64,000 nucleotides of DNA from Moniliella sp. 'wahieum'. Its lineage: Eukaryota. The position numbers were made by a program, and so were the translations under genes. A model generated the notes under the pieces. The model was not told the origin of the DNA, did not search any database, and saw only the letters and a list, made by a program, of their open reading frames with translations. Location of the stretch: the NCBI GenBank assembly GCA_003971905.1, contig RSEE01000037.1:434001-498000 (forward strand). The letters run 5' to 3'. Shown piece by piece: positions 54,479 to 64,000 of the stretch; position 1 is the first letter of the stretch; the number at the start of each line of letters is the position of its first letter.

Positions 54479-55265
54479 TCAGCCCGGAGAAGAGGGACCG
54501 TACCGTTCCTTGGCCTTGTGACCCGTATCTTCCTTCTTGAGTTCTTGGATTTTGGCTACAGCCAAGAGAAGGGGAAGGAGATGCTTGTGGTTGGTCTCAA
54601 ACACGAGCAGATGGATGGTACGCATGTCTTCCCGCCTGGACGCGAGGAAGGGGGGTAAAGAACATCCAACGCGCTCAGCTTGGATGACAGTCCGGTCTCT
54701 GACTGAGAACCCGTGTAGGCCACCACTTTGGCCGAGGTGAAGCCTGCGGAAGAGAGTTCGGGTTCGGACCAGATGATAGGAGGGGGGACGAGGCTGCCCT
54801 GCTGGAAGAGCCGGTACTGTGTCCAGGCCATGGGCGCCAACGAGCCTGCATGCGCCCCCCACGAGCATGAATGCATGTCCTGCGTCAGTTCACAGCAAGA
54901 CAACCGGCAAACGAGAAACGAGAAACGAGAAACGACAAAGAGAGGAACGGAGCAAGAAGGTGGGGAAGGTACGCACGCTGAGCCAGGCATTCCACCGAAG
55001 GCATAGAACCGTCCACGGTGCGAGGCTCTTGTCCCTCGCTGCTGGGAGCGCCTTGAGTGCCTCGGCGATCGACCCTCATCAAAACAATCTTTCCCACCTG
55101 CTGGGCCTTGCTCAAGAGGGTGCCCAGCTCGTCGGATTCGGCCGGACGAAGCACGGTGTGGGGCGCGCCGCGCGCCCGGCCAAAGTGAACGTGTGCCAAG
55201 TCCTGCAGTGGACGGGTCAGACAAAAGAGTTGGATGCCGAGCGAGCGACGACGTACTAGATCCAT
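54479..55265 (-). CDS. Hypothetical protein; probable intron ~54880-54976
   Basis: ORFs 54885..55265 and 54479..54868 flank an intron-like segment (GTGCGT..CTGAC.GCAG). Confidence 0.35.
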
Positions 55266-57642
55266 TGGTGTGGAGGCAGTTGATGGCAGATGCAGCCAGG
55301 CGACAGAGGGGGTGGTGGAAGAAGATGAATGCCCTTTGTCGGCAGCCGAGAGGGAGCGGGAACAGGGATACTAAACTACAGGGGGGGGTTACATAAGGAG
55401 GATGGTGGTCGTATAACATGGAACCCCTGCAACATGGAACACCCTCCGCGGGATATATTGTAAGCCGTCTCATGTATACCACACAACACACGTGCATACA
55501 CCTCCTTTTTGGGGCCTTTTGCGTGTGGTTTCGCCGTCTTCGCTCTGCTTTGATGGGAGGGGGGATGGCCGGGTGTGCGTGCGGGACGGAAGGGGAGGGG
55601 TGGCCCAGCGATGTGGCGGATGCGTGGCAGAGGCTGGTGCCGTTTTGGGTGCGTGATAGCTCGGTCTTGGGCAGTGTACTTATAACTCAGGAGTGCACAC
55701 TCGGTTGCTCAGCCACTGCGACTGGCGGCAATCGAGTCGGTGTAGGACTAGTAGTACCGAGTAGGAACCGCCAGGGAACACCAAGTAGTACCCAGTGCCC
55801 CCGCCTCGGGAGGCCTCAGGAGGAAGCCAATAAAAGACCGAGCCAAAAGCCACTTCGGCTGGAGGCGACACCGATGGCACACACATTGCCCGTCTCGTGG
55901 CCTGCTGAGCCAGGCGGAGGCAGTGCGCAGCGGCTGAGCGGTGGGCTAGCCTGTGGAGTCTGGACTATACCCACAATTCCATTCCACTGATCGTGGGCAA
56001 AACGTCCGTCCACGCGCACGGTCCACGCGTCCACGCGTGCATGGCGTCGACGTGTCAACATGCGCTGCACTGCTGGCACCGTGTCGATGGAGCCACGGGC
56101 TGTCTGATGGGTGAGGGTAAGCGTGAGGAGAGGTGCCGGCAGGGGGGCAGTGGCCGGCAGGCGCAGGGGTCCCGCCGTCCGTCTGGCTGTGCTGCAACGC
56201 AACCCTAGTGGCGTGCGCCTGGGGATAGTTTGAAAGTTAGCTTGATGCGTGACGCGTGACGCGTGACGATCGATGTCTGTGACATCACATGTCACATGTG
56301 ACATCGCTGTGCACGCATGATAAATGCTTTCCGATAGCCAGCGTCTGGTTTGAGCCAGATGGCCACCGTGGAAGCTGTCGAGGCATGGAATTGGGAGCCT
56401 CAGCGCGCTCAGCCTGAGCTCAGCCGCTCACTGTACACAGCCCCCGTTTTCCAGCCCAGCCCCGTCCCCATCCACTGCCCCATGAAGTCTGCCCTTCTAC
56501 TCTTCTGCCCTTTTGCCCCCACCCCCGTCCCGCCGGGACGCTGGTCCATGCGCCTCTTCGCTCAAGCGCAGGCGCGTCCGGGGAACCCCTCTCAAAAATC
56601 TCACGCTACCCCGCCTCCGCCCATCAGAGCAATAGCTTTTATATAATGTACACGGCGCATGCTACTCTATGTAACAACACCCACCCAATAGTTAACGTCT
56701 CTCGCATGGCCGCACGACGAACAGGGCACAGTAATATGGTGTGTGGAGGAGACACGCAAATCAAGCTCTACGTTGTGGGAGGGTAGTTGCTAGTCACGCG
56801 TCCCCCCAGGATGATGCGCTGATGACTCAAGCAACACACGAGCAACAGCACGAAGCACGGGCGTGTGCGTTTGGCACCAAACATCTGTGTCTGTATGTAC
56901 TTGCTCTCGGAGGCTGAAAGGGATGTGTGTGTGTTGCTGCTGTTCGTTATTGTAGTGCCGCTCGGCGTGCCCCTCCCCGCACGTCCCAGACTGGAGGAGC
57001 GTGTGTGGGAGGAGGGCGAGTGGGCGAGGGAGGGGCTGACGCGCCGCCCTTCGCCGTTCTCGCTCCATCACAACGACATGGGGACAAAGGAAAGAAGGGG
57101 CGGCAGGGGGAGGGGGAGGGGAGATATATACACAACCAACCAACGAAGGCAGCACCCACTCGCATGTGGGCATGCCGCCAGGACGATGGAGATGGGCTCG
57201 GGGCGTGGCAGACCGCCCGGGAGGCGGAAGCGAGGAGCACGCCAGAGGGGGCGGACAGACTGGGCGCGTGGGGCGGATGACGCACGGTTTGCTAGGAGGA
57301 CAGTCGGGCATCTGCGCCGGCGCAGCGCCAGCCGAATGCGGCCGCAGGCACGCGCCTGTGTGGGCCGCACACTGGCGCCGCGCGGGGGCGTGCCTTGGCG
57401 AGCACATGTGGGGGCCGCACGGCGCCAGCGTGCTGTGCGCACCGCGACGCAGGCAGAGGGGCAGAGTGGCTGGTGCCGCGCGCCGGGCGGTGTCGTATAT
57501 CTTCTCGCGGGGCCAGCCGACCCAGCCGCAGCACGCCCGCCCGCCCGCGCCCTCTCTCCCACCACCACCTCCTGCACGCCACCCCACCACCACCACCCCC
57601 ACCACCCCACCACCACCACCACCACCCCACCACCCCCACCGC

Positions 57643-60600
57643 ATGCCCTCCGAGCAGCCGCCGCCCCCCGCCGCCCCCGCGCGCGGCGGCTGGATGTACT
57701 ACCCCCCCCACAGCCCCCCCACCTCCAGCGCCTACCGCCCGCCCCCGCCCCCCCGCCGCCGTCCGGGTACTACCCGCAGCCCGTCTTCTACCTCCCCGTC
57801 GCCCCCCCGCCCTCCGCCCCCGCCGGCATGCCCGTCCCCACCCCCTTCCTCCCGCCCCACCCGCCGCACGCGTCCCACCCCCTGTCCTCCCCGCCGCCCC
57901 ACCGCGTCAGTCGCCCCGCCACCCCCCCGCCCCGCCGCCCGCGTCGGTGCTGGCACCGGGGCCGGCGCCTGTGCCCTCTGCGCCCGCCCCGCCGCCCCGC
58001 CCCCCTCTCGCCCTCCGTCATTCCCAGCCCCCCTCGGCCGCCGGCCTCTCGTCCATGACGCGCACCCGACGCGGCCGACCGCCCTACCCGCGTCCCAATC
58101 GCAAGCGCACCCAGCGCCTCATGTCCAAGTTCCCGTCTATTTCCTCCCGCAGACGGGCGAGATATTCTCCGACTATGAGTACGTGGCCCTGACTCCTTCG
58201 TTGACTGCGTCTGTTGCCCAGCCCCCTCTTTCTCCTATAGCTTGGCTTGGCTTGGCTTGGTCTCAGCCTCACCTCGCCTCGCCTCGCCTGGCTTTTTATT
58301 TTTTTTATGTTCCTTTTTTTCTCCCTGGCTGAGGAGGCGCAGCGTTCACTCCTCGATGTGGTTGGCTAACCCTTCTTCGTCCCCCCTCTCCCCTTCCCCC
58401 CATCGCAGACACTACACCGAGCGCCGTCTCTTCTACCGCCAACCCATCTTTATGGACCGCATCACCGGCCATCGCAACGTCAGCCTCTTCACGCCCTTGA
58501 GCTCGAAGACGCCGCGCTGGCCCGCTTGCACGCCCACTTCCCGGCGCCACTCAAGCTGCCCGTCCTGCGCTCCCTCCAGGACTTGGTCGGCATGGCTACA
58601 CCCACCGCGCCGCCCCAGACGCCTCTCCCGCCCTTCCCGCGGCCCATGTCGCCTTCGCGTCTCCCGCCCCCGCAACCCAGGGCCCATGGACCTGCCCCCG
58701 CCCGGCGGCCGGCCTGCCGCCCCTCCCGGCCGCCCGGGTCACGTCCCTGGCCGATGCGGTGTACGAGCGTTTCCGCCACCGGTTCTTGAGAACGAGCTGT
58801 CATTGTCGAGTTGGCAGGCGGCGAGCAGCACGCGGCCCGGATCAAAAGTGTCTTTCCGCCCCGTGCACTGTTGCGGAAACAACTGACGATGCTGGACCAA
58901 GCGCGGCGGCACTTGCCGCCGCGCACGCCGATCGCATCTCCCTTTAGCGTGCCAACGGGGCACTTTATTCATTCCATTGTCTCCACTGCGCTGGAGCATG
59001 GACAAGCCATGCCCATCGCGCCCAATGCCGCGTTGCAACAGGCTGGTTCGCCCGCCCGCGTGTCGAGTGCGATCGCCGATGTGATCCATGTGGTCGGTAC
59101 GTTCTTGGCTTTGGCCCCGGCCTTGGCCAAGGAACTGGACAACGATGATGAGTACCTCTATGGCATCCAATTGCGCGACCCGACCAGTTCGGATCCAGCG
59201 CGGGCACCAACGGGCCGGTGCTGTGTACTCCTCGAGCATTATGGAAGTCCGAGCCAAGCAACTGTCGCGCGACCCGCGCAGTTGGTCTCCCGCCCTTGTC
59301 CGCCGCTTCATTCGTACTGCCGCCGGCCGCCTCACCTCGGCCACGCCGTACCTTGCCCCTTCCTCCTGGCGTCGACGCCACCGACAAGCAGTGCCCATGC
59401 TGCGGGCTCGGAGGAGCACACCAAGCGCGACCTGGTCTTGCCGAAGAACATGCGTTGGACCGACCCCTCCATCACAGCGTTCGACGTTGAGGAAGAGGAA
59501 GAGGAAGAAGAGGCCGAGGGTGAAGGGAAGGGGAAGGGAAGGAGGAAGAGGAAGCACAACCCGAAACTCCTTTGGCACTGCCACTCTCGGCCGACGAGAT
59601 CCAGTCGTCCGACACGGACGAGGAGGAGGTACGTACCGAGGGGCAAGGCGGAAACGTGGTGGCCGCGCACACGGGGACCGCGGGCACGGGAAAAGTAAGG
59701 CGGCCCACTCTAGTCGGACTCCCTTGCCAGCGCATGCGATGGGGGGCAGCGAGCACCCACAACTGCACACTGTGCCCCTGCACTGGTTCCCCATGGGCTT
59801 CCCGCACGTTCCGCCCATGGAGCGGACAGGTTCGGGCTCGGTGGTAGAGGGCACGTACGATCCCGGGTCGCCGTGGTAGAGAGAGTCGGATCTGTCAGGG
59901 TCGGAATCAAGTTCGTCGCAGGACGAGGCCGATGGCCCACAACCCGCGCCTCCAACGTCGCATCGCAGCCAGCTTGGCACGCAAACGCAAACTGTTGCCC
60001 GGGCTTGACGGGTCGGTCAAACGCCCGCGTTCGGAATCGGTCTTGGCGGACGACACGCCTTTTCCACTTCTTCCGCACCACCAGCTTCCACAGGGATGCA
60101 CATGCACAACGGGTACGGACACGGACACGGACACCTGCACCGCCTGTCCCGCCGGGGGGGAAGGCATCGTTGCTAGGAGAAGAAGGAGCTTCGTCCGCGC
60201 CCACCCGCCCTTCACCCGCCTCAGCCGGGCCACCACCCCGCTCAAACCGCCCCCTAGCGCCGAAGACCTGCGCATGGTCGAAATCCGCTCCTGGTCGCTG
60301 CAGGAAGAAGTGCGGCGAATGGAGTTACGCAAGACGACCAAGTTCCCCTGGGAAGATTTGGACCTGGGCATGATCACTGGTCGTGAGCTGGCTAGCAAAA
60401 AGACCAAGGAACAGTTGGACCGGCGTCCCGATCGCCCTAGGCCGCCTGTCTGGTCGCTCCTACCCCCTGCGGCTGCACGCGAACGCGATGCGGCCCAAGC
60501 GCTCCAGCATGGGATTCAGCTCGAGGACCTCTTCCCTCCCATCCTGCTGCTGCTGTGCCCGGGGAGGCGGAACCGGAACCGGTGCGGCGGGACCGGTTGC

Positions 60601-63319
60601 CCGGTCCGCTGGCGCGGCTCAAGAGTGAGGTGGAAACCAGTTCGGTCGAAGGGTCGACGGACGTGCCGAGTCCGATGGAGGAGGACGTGGAGGGGTCAGG
60701 GCTACCCAGTCGGGGGCACCGGTACCGGGACCCGCACTGGATGCGCGGGCGGGCGAGGGGGAGGGGCCACGTGCGTCGTCCCCGCTAGCAAGGATGAAGG
60801 AAGTGGACCAACACGATTTGCTAGCTACCTTGACCCCGGCGCAATTTGAAGCGCGGATTGCCGTTTGGCACTTTCTCAACACGTGTGGTCATCTCTTGCA
60901 CCTATCCAACTTTTGGTTGGATGATTTGGAAGCCGCATTGTGCTTTGGTGTGCCCGACGCAGCTTCTTCCTCTGCCTCGACGAGCGAGACGGAACCAGCG
61001 TGTCGGCCGCGCCAGATCCCTCCGCTGTTGATTGAGATCCACGCCTGCCTGCTCAACTGCCTCATTCGCGATCGAGGTCGGCTGGGGAAGCGGGTAGCGA
61101 GCAGTGCCAAGGCTGCGGCACAAGCGGCTGCCCACGCCGCCGCCAACAGTCTCCATCCCCACCCCTCTGCTGCCCAGTCAACTTCGCCTTCGGGCGAGCC
61201 GACCCCTGACCCGTCCACGCCCCCGCGCCGAAGAGCTAAGCGGCGCCCGCGCCACCAGTCCGAAGCGACCGAGGAGGAAGAGGCTGACCAGCTCGTCTCG
61301 GACGAGGAGCCTGAAGAAGAAGGCGAACGGCAAGGCGAACGGTAAGGCGAAAGGGCAGGGGAAAGGTAAAGGCAAGGGCAAGGGGACGGACAAGGAGGTG
61401 GAGGAGAGGAAGAGGAGGACAACGATAATGACCACGACGAGAACGACGACGACGACGATGACGATTCGTCTCCTTCGTCGGAGGAGGACGAGCAAGAGGA
61501 CGAAGAGGAAGACGAAGAGGAGGAGGAGGAAGATGCGTTGGCCAAGTTATGGGAGGCGGCACATACACTTGCTGCGCCGCTCGGTCGACCGTGGGACACG
61601 TCGCAGCTCACTTACCACTCGGCCCGATCGGGATGGCTGCATGCGCTACTCGATTGCCTCGCTACCTATCGCCCGTCGGACCGGCGGCGCGTACGACGAA
61701 ACGGAGCAGCACACTTCCTGGGAAGAAATCCTTTCGGTGTTGACGCTAGGCGTGGATGGCGAGACGGATGCAGGGCGATTGACCGCGCGCTTGACGGCGC
61801 TGGAACCGGCGGTTCCCGTACCTGCGCCACCCCCTTCGCCGCCCCCTGCGCCACGGGGCAAAGCAGGGCGCGGTGCGCGCGGCGGCCGCGCCGGCCGAAA
61901 CACCAAAGCCAGTACGAGCACCAAGGCACCGCCCCAACCCGCTCCTACACCTGCCTTGCCATTAAGTGTGTACTTGACCGAACGGTACTTGTGCCTCAGT
62001 GCTGAGCAGCGCTTGGCCTTGCTCGCGTGGCTGGTCGAGTTGGCCGTGTGTACGCGCTCCATTCGGCAGTTCTTTGAGGACTGCGAAAACCATCTTACCC
62101 ACCTGCGCAAAGTCAAGGGCGAAATCAGTCGACGGCGCAAGGGGGCAACGAACGGCGGAGCGAACTGGAAGCGCTAGCCCGCGCACAAAGTCAGGCGGAC
62201 AAACTGGCTGTGTCTACCGCTACCCCACCCGCGCTCGCTGGTCCAGGACCGGAGACGGGGACAGCGGCCAACACGCCCGTTGGGTCGGACGACGAGTCGG
62301 ACGACGGCAAGGAAGAAGGAGCGCTGCCTCCTGCCTCTGGGCCGGACCCGACGAGCAAAGCGGACCAACGGGACGAGGAAGCGAAGAGCAAAGCCGCCCA
62401 GTGGGCCGCAGAGGAGAAGCGTAAGTTGGCAGCGGAATGGGCCGAGCTGGAACGGGAAGACAATACGGCGAGTCAGGCGTGGCGACGATCGGAGCATGCG
62501 GCACGACAAACGCCATTGGGCTACGACCGCTTCCACAATGCCTACTGGTGGTTTGATGGCGTCGCGTCCGACCCGCCGCGCGGGTACGGGCGGGACTTGA
62601 CCGCGCTGGGGTATGGCCAGGCCGACGCGGATGCCAATGCCGGTGCCGGTGCAGGGGGGATCGGTCAGAGGGCGAGTCGGACGCCGAGTCGGAGAGCTCG
62701 GGGCGCAGCGACGAGCAGCAGGAGCAAGAGCAAGAGCAGAGGAGGTGCAGGCGGACCAGCTGTGTGGGGTGGGACGACTGTACGTGCAAGGCGCGCCGGT
62801 GGAGGCGATTGAAGGCATGAAAAGTTGGGCGGACCATGCGCTGCGATGGGACGAGGTGCAGACGCGGTTGCAAGCCGAATCGGGTCCGCTGGGCCGCCTG
62901 CCGCCCGGCCAATGGGCCGCGTACACGACGCCGCACCAGGTGGACGAACTGATTGCGTGGTTGCGCGTCAAGGGGGTGCGGGAGAATGCGCTCAAGGCGC
63001 AACTGATGCGGTTCAAGCCTCTGATTGAAGCGTCCATGACGCGGCGCGCGCAGATGCTTTCCTTTGCCGCCCAGCATGCCAACCCGAACCCGTCCGCGTC
63101 GACGGGCGCAGCCGAGGAGCGGCAAGGGCAGGACAAGAACCAGCGCAAGACGCGAGCTCCAGCTGCCGCTACGACGGCTTCGGCGCGCCGGTTGGCCGCG
63201 GGGGCGTCGCCGTACGCACCGCCGGACGAGCAGGCGATCAGGGCGCTCCAGAAGCTGTATCCCGTGGCGCGGGGGCGCGCCTGTGGCGCTACCGCAATGT
63301 GCGCCATGCTGAAAAGTAG
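57643..63319 (+). CDS. ITC1: ISWI chromatin-remodelling complex subunit Itc1/ACF1-like (WAC, DDT, WHIM1, WSD domains); intron 58179-58408; many frameshifts; stop at 63319 or 63629
   Basis: WAC: VYFLPQTGEIFSDYE|HYTERRLFYRQPIFMDRITG. DDT: IAVWHFLNTCGHLLHLSNFWLDDLEAAL. WHIM1: YLCLSAEQRLALLAWLVELAV..SIRQFFEDCE. WSD: PLGYDRFHNAYWWFDG and WAAYTTPHQVDELIAWLRVKGVRENALK. Confidence 0.88.
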
Positions 63320-63401
63320 GCCAACCGATCCTTCCGAAGCAGCCAGTGCGATCCGCTGGCCCCTCGCCAGTCTGTCTGTCTGCGTCGCACCAGGTACTAC
63401 T

Positions 63402-63517
63402 AGTAGGAGTAGGAGTAGGAGTAGGAGTAGGAGTAGGAGTAGGAGTAGGAGTAGGAGTAGAGTAGGAGTAGGTAGGAGTAGGAGTAGGAGTAGGAGTAGG
63501 AGTAGGAGTAGGAGTAG
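63402..63517. repeat. (AGTAGG)n hexanucleotide microsatellite, about 19 units with two imperfections
   Basis: agtaggagtaggagtagg... Confidence 0.95.
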
Positions 63518-63831
63518 CCACCGCACAGGTTATACGTCCCCCACCAGCGGGTGCGAGCGGGCGTGGGAGGACGCAACAAAGGCACGGGGGCAGCATGAAA
63601 ATACTAGGGTTGGCGCGGGTGGTGGGTGATTCTCATCGGAGGGGCAGCTGAGCCCGTGGGCGCAAGGGCAGTGTCCACGTGCTCGGCTATGCGCGGGCAG
63701 CAAGGGCGGCGGCGTTGGGGAGGAGATGGGGTGAGGCGTGCGGATCTGGTAGCGTGCCTCGTCCCAACTCCACCTTGCTTCGGCTGGCCCTCGCTTCGAA
63801 CCGCATCGCGCGTGCTGGCTAGTTGGCTGCC

Positions 63832-64000
63832 ATGCGTCTGCGTCGAGCCTCCTCGCTGTTGCCGCCGCTGCTGCTGCCGTCGCCACGCTCGCCCGGGCGC
63901 AGGACACGGGCATCCCCTCGGACGCCAGCGCCCAGTGCCAGAGCTACATCAACGTGTTCAACCACAACTCGGACTTTAGCCAGTGCACCGACCCCCTCCT
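63832..64000 (+). CDS. 5' end of a putative secreted Cys-containing protein (runs off the window)
   Basis: ATG at 63832. After one frameshift it reads LLAVAAAAAAVATLARA|QDTGIPSDASAQCQSYINVFNHNSDFSQCTDPL, i.e. a signal peptide with an A-x-A cleavage site and spaced cysteines. Confidence 0.55.
   Translation, partial: MRLRRASSLLPPLLLPSPRSPGRRTRASPRTPAPSARATSTCSTTTRTLASAPTPS

Noticed and set aside
63402..63629. RS-domain-like (SR)n tail on Itc1 suggested by ORF 62613..63629
   Set aside because: The tail is a pure (AGTAGG)n microsatellite. An alternative frame gives a plausible end WRYRNVRHAEK-stop at 63319, so the tail is probably UTR read in-frame because of an indel. It cannot be excluded without RNA data.

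Overview
Gene-dense, GC-rich eukaryotic DNA from a fungus, most likely an intron-poor basidiomycete of smut type (Ustilaginomycotina-like; inferred from gene content and sparse GT..CTRAC..YAG introns). Recognisable genes, left to right: intron-containing tRNA-Gln(CUG), NSA2, DOA1/UFD3, a conserved integral membrane protein, a class IV chitin synthase, a class-3 lipase, an MTC1-like gene, a Gfo/Idh/MocA oxidoreductase, GCN20 (ABC-F), an orphan ~7-TM protein, two near-identical divergent GAPDH genes forming a ~1.27 kb inverted repeat around a ~1.6 kb spacer, a coiled-coil protein, MID1, and an ITC1/ACF1-type WAC-DDT-WHIM-WSD protein. There are also several hypothetical genes. Nearly every long gene is broken by small indels, which most likely reflect an unpolished long-read assembly rather than pseudogenes, so CDS boundaries are approximate. 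The most unusual structures are the head-to-head GAPDH inverted duplication (identical core, decayed 3' flank), the orphan receptor-like 7-TM gene next to it, and a ~2 kb gene-free block made of successive clusters of different short motifs. No transposase, rRNA or CRISPR array was recognised. All family assignments come from remembered motifs; no database search was run.
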